This document shows, one piece after another, positions 39,440-50,985 of a stretch of 64,000 nucleotides of DNA (positions are counted from its first letter, which is position 1; every line of letters begins with the position of its first letter). Both the position numbers and the translations under genes were made by a program. Below the pieces are notes generated by a model that was not told the origin of the DNA, did no database searches, and worked only from the letters and a program-made list of their open reading frames with translations. Source of the stretch: an uncultured delta proteobacterium (GTDB lineage Bacteria > Myxococcota_A > Polyangia > Polyangiales > Polyangiaceae); contig CAWDXG010000004.1 of NCBI GenBank assembly GCA_963806225.1, positions 832,001-896,000 of the forward strand, in the 5' to 3' direction.

Positions 39440-40489
39440 GTGAGCGACAAGACCGAGGAACCGACACCAAGACGCCTCAGGAAGGCGCGCGAGGACGGCG
39501 ACAGTCCCGTCTCTTCGGCATTGGTGCAGGCCGCGGGCTTCGTCGTGGCGATCACGCTGGCGCCGGCGGCGGTCGCGGCCACCGCTGGACGCGCGACGGC
39601 GCGCATCCAGCAGGCGCTCGAGCATCCGCTGCAGGCCTTCTCGCCGATGGGCCTGGCGCTGGACGTGCTCACGCTTTCCCTACCGCTGATCGCCGCGGCG
39701 GCGCTGGTCAGCGCAGTCGTGGGCTTCGTGCAGACGGGCGGCATCGTCGCGACGAAGAAGCTCGCGCCCGATCTCTCCAAGGCGAACCCCATCACCGGGC
39801 TCAAGAACATCTTCAACTGGCAGCGCATCCTGGGCGTGGTGCGCTCGCTCGTCGGCGCGCTCGTGGTCGGCTGGCTCGCGGTGCGGCTGCTCGCCGATCA
39901 CGGCAGCGACCTGGCGAACTGCATCGGCAACATCGGCGCGGCGGCGGTGGTGGCGTCCGACCTCGCGCGGCACCTGTTGTGGATCGCGGCGCTGGTCGGG
40001 CTGGGCCTGGCCCTGCTCGACGTGCTGATCACGCACTGGTCGTGGAAGAAGCGGCTGCGCATGAGCAAGGACGAGGTCAAGCGAGAGTACAAGGAATCCG
40101 AAGGCGACCCGGAGATCAAACAGGCCCGCAAGCAGGCGCACCACGAAATGCTGCGCGGCGCGACCATCTCGGCGGTCAAGGACGCAACGGTGGTAATCGT
40201 GAATCCGACGCATCTGGCAACGGCCCTGCACTACGTGGAATCCGACGAAGAGGACGCCGCGCCGCGCATCGTGGCGCAGGGCGAGGGCGATCTGGCGCGG
40301 CAGATGATCGATGCGGCCCGCGCCTGGGGCATTCCGGTCGTGCGCGATGTGCCCATCGCCCGCGCGCTCTCCGAGCTCGAAATCGGCGACGAGATCCCGG
40401 AAGCGCTGTACGAAGCCGTCGCCGAGATCCTGCGCGAGGTGTGGGAGCAGGCCGGGGGCGACGAAGCGGACGCTTCCGCCGGCGACTGA
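39440..40489 (+). CDS. FlhB/EscU/YscU (SctU) type III export switch protein
   Basis: KTEEPTPRRLRKAREDG, MSKDEVKREYKESEGDP, NPTH autocleavage motif. Confidence 0.92.
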   Translation: MSDKTEEPTPRRLRKAREDGDSPVSSALVQAAGFVVAITLAPAAVAATAGRATARIQQALEHPLQAFSPMGLALDVLTLSLPLIAAAALVSAVVGFVQTGGIVATKKLAPDLSKANPITGLKNIFNWQRILGVVRSLVGALVVGWLAVRLLADHGSDLANCIGNIGAAAVVASDLARHLLWIAALVGLGLALLDVLITHWSWKKRLRMSKDEVKREYKESEGDPEIKQARKQAHHEMLRGATISAVKDATVVIVNPTHLATALHYVESDEEDAAPRIVAQGEGDLARQMIDAARAWGIPVVRDVPIARALSELEIGDEIPEALYEAVAEILREVWEQAGGDEADASAGD

Positions 40490-40501
40490 TCGAGCGCGGG
40501 C

Positions 40502-42787
40502 TCAGCCTTCTGCGACCGATAGCCACGCGGCAGCGGCGGCGGGCTGCTCCGCGCTGTTCGACAGCTGCGAAAGGAAGCGGGCGCAGGCGCGCTCGCCGCT
40601 CCTGTCCTGCGCTTCACGGGCGCGCGCCAGCCCTTCCAGCGCTTCGAGCACGGCCTCGGCCAGGCGCCCCGCCGCTGCCAGGCCGATGCCGTGGGCGAGC
40701 GCGGCACGGCAGCGTTGGGCGTGAGCGAGCGGGCGCGCTCGCTCGCTCACGCTGCGTAGAAGTCGCAGCGCTTCGCTCGTGTCGCCGCGTCCAAGCGCGC
40801 TCATCGCCGCCAGCCGATCGGCGACCAGCTCGTGGTCGCCCTGCTCGCGTAGCTGACCTACCAGTTCGTCGACCGTGTCCAGATCGCCGTCGCGCAGCGC
40901 CTGCGCGGCGCGTGCGCCCTGCCCCGCCCCTTCCATGGCGTAGACGAGCTCCGCGCGCGCGCCCGCGTTCCGCACCGACGCGGGCGCCGGGGCCGGCTCG
41001 GTCAGCGGTCCCCGCTCGACGCGCAGCCAGCTCGACCACATCCCGACCAGTCCGCGCTCCGCGAGCGCTTCGAGGTCCAGCACGTCCGCGAACCGGTGCA
41101 GCGAGCCGGCGGATTGGTCGAGCCCCGCGGCCTCCGCCGAGGCGCCGGCCCGGCGGGCCAACGCGCGCGCCTGCTCGGCGTTGCCCGAAAGCAGCGCGTG
41201 CAGCGCCGCGGAGCTCTGCGCCAGCGGGCGCTGGCTCGCGATCAAGAGCTCCACCGCCGCTCGATGCAGCTCGACGCCCCGCGCCGGATCGAGCAGATCG
41301 AGCAGCGCGTCGCGATGCGTGGCGCTCGGCAGCGCCATCAGCTGCCCCCCCCGCGCCGCGCGAGCCAGCGGCAGCGCACCAGCCGCACCACGACCGCGTC
41401 GGGATCGTCGGGCGACTCCTCCAGCCTTTCCATCAGGCCCAGCACGTCGGCGCGGCGCGCCACGCCCCCCAGCACGGCCAGCGCTTCCAGCAGCGCGCGC
41501 TCCGGGGGCTCAACGAAGCGCAAGCGCTGCTCGACCCAGTGGCGCGCGTTCTCGCCGCGTCCCCTGCCCGCAGTGCGCACGCGGACCACGAGCTCGGCAC
41601 CGTCCCACACCAGGTCGCCGGCCTCGATGCTCTCGGCCACGGCTTCACGCACGGCGAGCGGCGACCCCCGCCCGCGGCGGCCCCAGCGCTGGGCCGCGCG
41701 ATCGCCGAGCGTGCCGCCGCTGGCCGCCCGGGCGAGCGCGGCGGCCTCGGCGCCGTGCAGGGCCGCGAGCGCGAGCTCCGCCGACACGGGCAGCTCGGCG
41801 AGAGCAACCGGCAGCTCTTCCGCGGCACCGATGCGCGCGACCACCCTGAGCTGCTCCTGCTGCGCGGCGGCGGCGATCGCCGCGAGCGTGTCGGCGTCCA
41901 CCTCGCGGGCGTCGTCCACGACGACCAGCGCCTCGCCCTGCGCCTCGGGGCTCATGCGAAGCCAGGCGCCGATCAGCGTTGCCGCCGCGTCCACGTCCAG
42001 CCCCTCTCCCCCGAGCAGGCTCTCGAGCAGCGCTTCTGCGACCGGCTCCAGCCCTGTCGTGTCCACGCCCTCGGCGCGAGCGCCGGCCAGCGCGAACGAG
42101 AGCGCGCCGAGCGGCTCGCCCGCCGCGTGGGGACCGACGTGCAGCGTGCGGGCGGAGGCGTGCTCGTTGGCGATGTCCTCGAGCAGGCGCGAACCGCCGC
42201 TCCCCCGGTCGCCGCGGACCACGGCGACCTCGCCTGGCGCGAGCACCAGCTGTTTCGCGTGCGTGCTGCCGACGTGCTCGGGCGGCTGCAGGTGGCTTAC
42301 GCCGGCGGCCACCACGCTGCGCCACGGGTGCGCCAGATCGAGCCGCAGGCCGCGGAAGCGCGAGCGGCCGAACATGCCGAGCCGCGCGCCGCGGACGAGC
42401 ACCTCGCCGTCATCGAGCGCCGGATCGAGCAGCACCTCGCCCTCACGCGCGACGTGGGCCAGCGCCGTGGCGCGCTCCAGCGCCGGGCCGGCGGCCAGCG
42501 CTACCTGCGAGCCGGCGCCCAGCACGACAGAGACCTCGTCCGGCCGCCACGCCGGCACTGAATCCGGCCGGCAGCGCGCCGCCGCCCTCGTCATCGCGCT
42601 CGCCGAGCACCAGCTCCACGGCGTCGTCGAGCACCTCGAAATCGAACGCGACGCTGCCCACGTGCCACGCCACCACGCGACCACCTAGCGCTTCCGAACG
42701 GCGCATCAACGACTGCGCCGCCCCGACGGGATCCGCCTCCGGCGGACTATCACGCCAGTGAAAGCTGACCACGACGCGCATGGCCAT
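40502..42787 (-). CDS. Multidomain protein: degenerate cyclase-like N-terminus, P-loop-like region, TPR-like C-terminus (frameshifted)
   Basis: VRGDRGSGGS, VVVDDA, RGSPLAVRE fragments across frames. Confidence 0.45.
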
Positions 42788-42831
42788 CAGCGGCGCCTGG
42801 CGGCCCCCCGGACTGTCGGGCGATCACGCAT

Positions 42832-43572
42832 TCACTTGCCGACGCGGATCTTCTTCTTCAGCGCCGACAGTTCGTCGTCGACCTCGCTCGAAGCGCCGCC
42901 GTCGCCTCGCTCCTCCGCGGCGCCCCCGTGCTCGAGCGCCCGGAACCGCGCTTCCACTTGGTCGCGCGTCATGCCGCCCGGGCCGCGCCCTCCGCCGAGC
43001 GCTTCGTTCACCTCGGCCTGCGCCTGGATGGCGGTCTCCACGCCCTCGATCTGGTCCTCCATGCGCCGGAACTCGTTGAAAACGCGCTCGCTCCACCGCC
43101 GGCACCGAGCCCCTCCGCGCCGCCGCCGGCCTTGGCCTGCTTGGCGCGCGCGATGAGCGTGCTCTTCTTCGCCTTGATCTCCTCGACCTTCTGCTCCATG
43201 CGCTCGAGCTCGGCCTTCATCTCGAGCGCCTGCCCGCGCTGCTCGGCGCGCAGCGCCTCGGCGCGATCGCGCTCGCCGGTGAGCCGCTTCTTCTGCAGGA
43301 GCGCCTCGCGCGCCAGCTCGTCGTCGTCGTGGCGCACGGCGAGCTCGGCGCGCTTGGCCCACTTCTCGACTTCCTTGTCGAGCTCCTCGACCTTCTTGCG
43401 GAGCTGCTTCTCCGCCGCGACGCCGCGCACGACTTCCTGGCGCGCCGCGCGGATCTGCTGCTGCATCTCGCTCCAGCGTCAGCTCGATGGACTTCTTCGG
43501 GTCCTCGGCCTTGTCGAGCAGCGCGTTGAAGTTGCTCGAAATGACACGCCCCATGCGATCGAAAACGCCCAT
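42832..43572 (-). CDS. pspA: PspA/IM30 family protein (frameshifted)
   Basis: MGVFDRMGRVISSNFNALLDKAEDP, LAREAL, F.RMEDQI, VDDELSALKKK. Confidence 0.88.
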   Translation of the reverse strand: MGVFDRMGRVISSNFNALLDKAEDPKKSIELTLERDAAADPRGAPGSRARRRGGEAAPQEGRGARQGSREVGQARRARRAPRRRRAGARGAPAEEAAHRRARSRRGAARRAARAGARDEGRARAHGAEGRGDQGEEEHAHRARQAGQGRRRRGGARCRRWSERVFNEFRRMEDQIEGVETAIQAQAEVNEALGGGRGPGGMTRDQVEARFRALEHGGAAEERGDGGASSEVDDELSALKKKIRVGK

Positions 43573-43786
43573 GCGCTAGACCATGCCACGCCGCCGCGCG
43601 GCTGCCCAGAGGCGCCGGATGGCGACTTTCCGCGGGATTCTCTGGGGGTCCTGGCAGCCACTCCACGCCGCAGATACGCCACGCTCGCGCCGCGCGGAGC
43701 GTCCCGGCCTCGCCGCGAGACGAGGGACGAACCGCCAAGGCGCCAAGAGCGCCAAGGGGGTCCGGGCCGAGCGCGCAGCTTCGAAC

Positions 43787-43955
43787 CCGGAATGTCGCTC
43801 CAACCGACAACGAGCGCGTCATGCTGCGGCTTGGGTCCGGAAATGTCGGTGAGGCCGACGACAGACGCCGCAAGCTATAGCTTGGCGCCGGAAATGTCGG
43901 TCCAACCGACATCCAGCGCGTCATGCTGCGGCTTCCAGCTCGAAATGTCCGTCTC
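43787..43955. repeat. About 51-bp period repeat array, 3.3 units
   Basis: ccgg(a)aatgtcg at 43787, 43837 and 43888; ctcgaaatgtcc at 43939. Confidence 0.85.
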
Positions 43956-44177
43956 GCGCGGGGCCGAGCGCGCGACCGCCTGCCCGGTCAGCTCGAGCGC
44001 CTCGAGCAGTGCGAGCCGGTCGGCGTGCTCGAGATTGTACTGGGCGCGCAAGCCGGGCTTGGTGGCGACGCGCCAGCGGTAGCCGGTGCCGACGGGTCCG
44101 CGGCGCACGCGGCGGCGGCCGATGGCGAGCTCGAGCGTGGCGAACCAGATATCGGCGCGGGCGATGCGCGCCGTCAT
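43875..44177 (-). CDS. Short hypothetical protein
   Basis: ORF directly after lpdA; C-terminus runs into the repeat array. Confidence 0.35.
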   Translation of the reverse strand: MTARIARADIWFATLELAIGRRRVRRGPVGTGYRWRVATKPGLRAQYNLEHADRLALLEALELTGQAVARSAPRETDISSWKPQHDALDVGWTDISGAKL

Positions 44178-44193
44178 CTCGGTCGGCTCGCGT

Positions 44194-45618
<1,425 letters not shown>

Positions 45619-45663
45619 GCGGCCGCGTGTTAGCGGAAGCCCGCGCGCGTCACAAGCTCCCGC

Positions 45664-46784
45664 TCAGTGCGACTCGGCGCGGGCGGGACGAGAGCAGCTC
45701 GGCGCGCTCTTCCTCGAGGTTCCACGGCAGGCGAGGCGTAGACGTCGTCGAACAGCGTCTCGCGCTCGGGCGGGCCGTACTGCTCGACCTCGTTGACGGC
45801 CGCCGAGAATCTCCTCGCCGAGCTCCTGGTCGATCTTGCGCTTCGAGCGCGTCGTCAAGCACGCCGAGGTAGGCCAGGTGGCGGCGGAAGCGATCGACGG
45901 GATCCTTCTTCGCCCACTCCTGGACCTCTTCCTCGGAGCGGTAGCGCGTCGGGTCGTCGCTCGTGGAGTGGGCGCCCATGCGGTAGGTCACGCACTCGAT
46001 GAACGTCGGCCCGCCGCCTTCGCGCGCGTGCTGCGCCGCGTCGCTGACGGCGCGGTAGACGGCGAGGATGTCGTTGCCGTCGACGCGCAGGCCCGGCACG
46101 CCGTAGGCCTTGGCCTTGACGGCGATCGTCTGCGACGCCGTCTGCCGCGACGTGGGCACGCTGATCGACCAGTGGTTGTTCTGGCAGATCATGACGCACG
46201 GCACGCGGAACACGCCCGCGAAGTTCATCGCGTTGTGGAAGTCGGGCTGGCTGGTCGCGCCGTCGCCCATGAAAGCCCACGGTGACGATGCGATCGCCGC
46301 GCTTCTTCGCCGCCCAGGCCGCGCCTACGGCCTGCGGGATCTGCGGGCCGATGCAGCTCGACCAGGAAACCTGGTTCACCTCGCGCGCGGACATGTGGCT
46401 CGGCATCTGCCGGCCCTTGAGCACGTCGTAGCCGTTGCCGAACACCTGCGCGAGGTAGCGCGTGAGCGGGAAGCCGCGCACCAGCATGATCGCGCTCTCG
46501 CGCAGCGCCGGGAACACCCAGTCGCCCGGATCGAGCGCGAAGCCGGTGCCAATGGGCGGCGCTTCCTGTCCGGTGCAGCTGCCGTAGAAGCCGATGCGGC
46601 CCTGGCGCTGCAGCGCGACCATGCGCGTCTCGAGGATGCGCACGCGGCGCATCTCGCGGTACATCGAAAGGAGCACGTCCGGCGCCAGGAACGGATCGGT
46701 TGCCGGATCGGTGCGGCCGTCGTCGCGCAACACGCGCATCAGGCCGAGCGTGGGGTCCTGGTTGGCTTCGTTGACCTCGCTCAT
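45664..46784 (-). CDS. pdhA: 2-oxoacid dehydrogenase E1 alpha subunit (frameshifted)
   Basis: RQGRIGFY, GRQMPSH, GDGATS...NN, VDGND, YRMGAHSTSDDP; pyruvate versus branched-chain specificity unresolved. Confidence 0.82.
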
Positions 46785-46883
46785 GATGGGGGACGACGCT
46801 TAACACGAGCCGAGGCGCGGCGGCAGCCCCCGTGACAGCGGCCGCGCGGAGGCCCCCGCGTCGCGGCGTTTCTGCGGTGCGGC

Positions 46884-47924
46884 TCAGAGCCCGGCGTCGC
46901 TGCAGCTGATGCCCGGGTTCGTCCCGCCGTCGAGCCCGAGCGGATCGCCGCAGTAGCCCTTGTGCCCGAGCTGGCTCTCGAGCGTGGCGTTGTTGAAGGG
47001 CAGGCAGACTAGATCCGGATCAAGACAGTCGCTGTTGCAGTCGCAGGTCTGCCCGCAGGCGCCCTGGTCGCCGCGCCCGGCATTGGCGTCGTAGACGAAC
47101 ACGCAGTAGGCGTCCGCCGGACCGCTGCCGTCCCAGCCACAACTCGGCACGGCGCCGATGGTGCAGCGCTCGGAGCAGGTATACGTGAACGGCGCGCCGC
47201 CGAACGAGTGCACCACGCCGCCGCAGGTGCCGCGGCATGGGTCGGCGCCCGCGTCGGAGCCCGGAGCGGGGCACGACGAGCCGACCGGCAGCCCCTGCGC
47301 CGCCTGATCGTCGCACAGGCCCGTGCGCGGATTGCAGGTGCGGCCGCCGCAGTCGGCGTCGCTGTTGCAGTTCGGCCGGCAGTAGCCCTTCCCGGTCGAG
47401 ACGTTGTTCGAGTCGTAGACAGGCTCGCACGCCAGCTCGTGGCGTCCGTGACACTTGCCGGGATCGAAGTCCGTCAGCGAGTCCGGCCCCGCCGAGCAGC
47501 CTTCGAGGCAGACACCGTGCGGCGAGCCGGGCGCGCCGAGATCCACGCACACCGCGGCCGGATCGATCGCGGTGCAGATGCTGGAACTCGACTTGCCGAG
47601 ATCGGCGGTGCAGTCGGCGGTGCACAGACCCTTGGCGGGGCCGGCGCCACCGAGCTCGGTGCTGTCGGCGCCGAGGCAGGTGAGACCGGCGGCACAGTCC
47701 TGGCTTGTGCTGCAGGCGCGGCCGAGCGGCGTGGTTGCTGCCGCGTCCCCGCCCACGCCCGCGCCGCCACCGGTGCCCGCCCCGCCATCAACGCCTCCGG
47801 TGCCGGCGCTGCCGCCCGCTCCAGAAGCGTCGCCGGTGGACGAGCCGCCGTTGTTCGAGCTGCTGCACGCTGCCACGAGGGACAGCGCCAGGCCGAGAGC
47901 CACCCCGGCAGAAAGCGCGCGCAT
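46884..47924 (-). CDS. Cys-rich lipoprotein
   Basis: VAAC lipobox, Gly linker, many Cys motifs. Confidence 0.75.
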   Translation of the reverse strand: MRALSAGVALGLALSLVAACSSSNNGGSSTGDASGAGGSAGTGGVDGGAGTGGGAGVGGDAAATTPLGRACSTSQDCAAGLTCLGADSTELGGAGPAKGLCTADCTADLGKSSSSICTAIDPAAVCVDLGAPGSPHGVCLEGCSAGPDSLTDFDPGKCHGRHELACEPVYDSNNVSTGKGYCRPNCNSDADCGGRTCNPRTGLCDDQAAQGLPVGSSCPAPGSDAGADPCRGTCGGVVHSFGGAPFTYTCSERCTIGAVPSCGWDGSGPADAYCVFVYDANAGRGDQGACGQTCDCNSDCLDPDLVCLPFNNATLESQLGHKGYCGDPLGLDGGTNPGISCSDAGL

Positions 47925-48038
47925 TGTCGGTGTCATCCAGGACCTTGGACGTGCCACGCCGCCGATCGAAGCACTCCCACGTGCGGCCCGCGGGCCGGAG
48001 AAGCGGCACGGGTCGCGACTGCTAGGCTCGGCGCGGCC

Positions 48039-49064
48039 ATGTACACGCCTTCCCCGCTGCCGCGCACGCTCGAGGCAGCCGTCCGCGACGTGACGCACAA
48101 GAAGCCCGAGGTGCGGATGTCGGCGGTGCGCGACCTGGGCCGAATCGCTGGTGGCGACGAGCGCAAGGCCGCGCTCGCGGCGCTGGTCAGAGCGCTCGAG
48201 CACGACGAGACCGCCGCGGTGCGGTCCGAAGCGGCGATCGCGCTGGCCGACGCGCAGGCCCACGAGTGCCTCGGCGCGCTCGTGGCAGCGCTGGACGACG
48301 GACACACGCGCGTGAGGCAGATGGCGATGCTAGCGCTCGGCGAAACGGCCCGGCCCAGCGACAAGAAGGCGCGAGGCATCATCGAACGGGCGCTCGGCGA
48401 TGGCTCGGCCGAGGTGCGCTTCCAGGCGCTCATCGCGATGCACCGCATCGCGGGCGACGACGCCGAGCAGGCCGTGCTCGCCAAGACGCACGACGACGAC
48501 GCGCACATCCGCCACGTCGCGCTGCGCCTGGCGGAGGAGCGCCACCTGGAAGCGGGCGGCGAGCTGCCCGAACCGCTCAGGCTGCGCGCGCGCGGTGCGC
48601 TCAGGGACGACGCTCCATCGGTGCGGCTGGCGGCCGCCGTCCTGCTCGCACGGGCCGGCGACGAGGCGGGAAAGCAGGTGATCGCCGACGCAGTCAATTC
48701 CGGCAAGGGCGTGGATCCGGAAGACGAGCAGGCGGCGATCCAGCTCGCTGGCGAGCTCCGCATCGAAGCGGCGCGCGGCGGGCTCATGCAACGCGCCTGG
48801 AGCATGCTGCCGACGCGCCGCCCCCGCTACAAATGGCAAGCGCGCATCGCGCTGGCGGCGCTGGGCGACACACGCGCACGCCAGTCGATCCTGCGCGGGC
48901 TGGATTCGTGGTCGCGCGATGCGCGCACGCTGGCCGTCGCGGCGGCGGGCCGCGCGGGGCTGTCCGAAGCGCGCCCGCTGCTCGAGGCGATGAGCCGCGA
49001 CGCGGCCCGGGCAGACCCGGAAGCCGTGCGAGAAGCGCTCGAACAGCTAGGCGAGCGCGAGTAG
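48039..49064 (+). CDS. HEAT-repeat protein
   Basis: Recurrent VRxxAxxALG units. Confidence 0.82.
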   Translation: MYTPSPLPRTLEAAVRDVTHKKPEVRMSAVRDLGRIAGGDERKAALAALVRALEHDETAAVRSEAAIALADAQAHECLGALVAALDDGHTRVRQMAMLALGETARPSDKKARGIIERALGDGSAEVRFQALIAMHRIAGDDAEQAVLAKTHDDDAHIRHVALRLAEERHLEAGGELPEPLRLRARGALRDDAPSVRLAAAVLLARAGDEAGKQVIADAVNSGKGVDPEDEQAAIQLAGELRIEAARGGLMQRAWSMLPTRRPRYKWQARIALAALGDTRARQSILRGLDSWSRDARTLAVAAAGRAGLSEARPLLEAMSRDAARADPEAVREALEQLGERE

Positions 49065-49083
49065 GTTTTCGACTCGAACCGAC

Positions 49084-49833
49084 ATGAGGGGCACATTCCG
49101 CTCGGTGATCGAATCGCGCTCGGCGCTGGTCGTTGCCGCGACCGTAGGCGCCGTCGTGCTGCTCGTTCACGCCTGGCACCGGCGGCAGGCAGGCCGCCAC
49201 CCCGACGCCCCGAGCGTGACAAGCGTGCCCCCGCCACGACCCCGACCGTCGACTCGACCGGCAGCGTCACCGACACCTCCCGCCTCTGCGTCCGCCAACG
49301 GATGGCGATCTCTGCCTCGCGAGCCCACCACCTGCGGCCCGGCACCCGTGGTGCTCGAACTGGAGCCAACGCACGTCTCGAGCGCGACCAGGAACTCGGT
49401 GAACCCCATCACAAGGAAGTCGCCCCAGTCTCATCCACACGAACTCACGGCGCCGGAACAGCGCACTGCCCAGGGACTGATCCACAAGGCATCCGCCACC
49501 GAGCACGCACCGGACTGCGCATTCATCTCGCTGCCCGACGGTTCGTCGTTTTTCCTGAAGGGAACCAGATCGTCCTGCCTCGACGGCTGCGAGGTCTCGA
49601 CCGGAGGGCTCACGCCCGGCATGGCGAAGTGGATGCTGGCGTTCGCCACCGCGACGTCCATGACCATCGGGGGGTTCGATAGCGCGTTCATTCCCGAGGG
49701 AGTCCGCTCCGAGCACGCGGGCAGATCGTACGCGCGCACGGTGAAGAACCCCCAGCAGCTTTGGCACTGGGTCCAGAAGGCACAAGCGGCCGACGAGCAA
49801 TACCGCGCGCAGGTCGTGCACTCCCTCCAATGA
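49084..49833 (+). CDS. Hypothetical membrane-anchored protein
   Basis: N-terminal TM, Pro linker, globular Cys-containing domain. Confidence 0.5.
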   Translation: MRGTFRSVIESRSALVVAATVGAVVLLVHAWHRRQAGRHPDAPSVTSVPPPRPRPSTRPAASPTPPASASANGWRSLPREPTTCGPAPVVLELEPTHVSSATRNSVNPITRKSPQSHPHELTAPEQRTAQGLIHKASATEHAPDCAFISLPDGSSFFLKGTRSSCLDGCEVSTGGLTPGMAKWMLAFATATSMTIGGFDSAFIPEGVRSEHAGRSYARTVKNPQQLWHWVQKAQAADEQYRAQVVHSLQ

Positions 49834-49956
49834 TGACCGCCCGGCGGTAGCCCGGGTGGGGGGGGGCGGCAGCTTCTTCGGGGCGCCAGGCTGGGTTTCG
49901 TCAAGAGGGCGCACGCGGCGGTTGCAGTGCGGGGGCGGCAGTGGCTGGATGGCGGC

Positions 49957-50943
49957 ATGGCACGGCCCGGGTGGAACGCAGTCCGCTTCGATCCCTCGCG
50001 GAAGGGCGGACACGTCGAGAGCTACTTCCTCAAGCTGAACGATCCCACCGGGCGCCGCGCGCTGTGGCTCAAGGCGACGATCCTGGCGCGGCCAGGGCGC
50101 GACCCGGTGGCGGAGGCCTGGGCCATCGCGTTCGATCGCGAAGGCGAGCACGTGGGCGTCAAGCAGGTAGTGCCGTACGAGGACGCACGGTTTGCACGCG
50201 AGGGCTTCGATGTGGAAGTAGCGCACGTGCACTTTGCCGACGGGCACGTGGAGGGCGACATCGAGCACGATGGACACCGCATCGATTTTTCGCTCGACTT
50301 CGACGCGGGCGGTCCGCCCCTGATCCCCTTTCCCAGCCTGAAGATGTACGAGACCAAGCTGCCGAGCTCGAAGCTGGTCACGCCGCATCCCGACACGAGC
50401 TTCTCGGGACAGTTCTCGGTCGACGGCGGCGAGCAGGTGTTGGTCGACGGCTGGCGCGGCATGCAGGGGCACAACTGGGGCGCACGGCACGCGGAGCTGT
50501 ACGGCTGGGGGCACGTCAACCAGTGGGAGGGCGAGAGCGACCTCTTGCTCGAGGGCGTCACAGCGCGCGTCAAGCTCGGCCCGGTGCTGGCGCCGCCGCT
50601 GACGCTCGTGTGCGTGTGGCACAAGGGCGTGCGCTACGAGTTCAACGCGCCGCGCGAGCTGCTCCATGCGCGCGGCAGCATCACGCCGCGCAGCTGGCGT
50701 TTCTCTGCGGAAAACCAGCAGGCGCGCGTGGAAGGCGAGCTTTCCGCCGACACGCGGGATTTCGTGGGCCTGTACTACGAGAACCCGAACGGCGAGATGA
50801 CCTACTGCCTCAACTCCAAGATCGCAGAGGGGCGGCTACGGCTCGAAGTGAAGGGGCGCCTGCCGCTCGAAGCCACCACGCACTCGGCCGCGCTGGAGAT
50901 CGGCACGAAGGACGCGTCGCACGGCGTCCGCATGCTGGTGTAG
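49957..50943 (+). CDS. Tocopherol-cyclase-like protein
   Basis: ESYFLK, GMQGHNWG..HA..YGWGH, YENPNG. Confidence 0.55.
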   Translation: MARPGWNAVRFDPSRKGGHVESYFLKLNDPTGRRALWLKATILARPGRDPVAEAWAIAFDREGEHVGVKQVVPYEDARFAREGFDVEVAHVHFADGHVEGDIEHDGHRIDFSLDFDAGGPPLIPFPSLKMYETKLPSSKLVTPHPDTSFSGQFSVDGGEQVLVDGWRGMQGHNWGARHAELYGWGHVNQWEGESDLLLEGVTARVKLGPVLAPPLTLVCVWHKGVRYEFNAPRELLHARGSITPRSWRFSAENQQARVEGELSADTRDFVGLYYENPNGEMTYCLNSKIAEGRLRLEVKGRLPLEATTHSAALEIGTKDASHGVRMLV

Positions 50944-50985
50944 CGCGAGCCAGGCCCTGGTCGGTTCCGCCCCGCGCTCTCCAGG

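Noticed and set aside
43787..43955. CRISPR array
   Set aside because: The conserved part is only about 14 bp, the first and third spacers are near-identical, and no cas genes are present.
49858..49866. G9 tract as a phase-variation switch
   Set aside because: It is intergenic, with no supportable promoter context, and homopolymer length is unreliable in this assembly.
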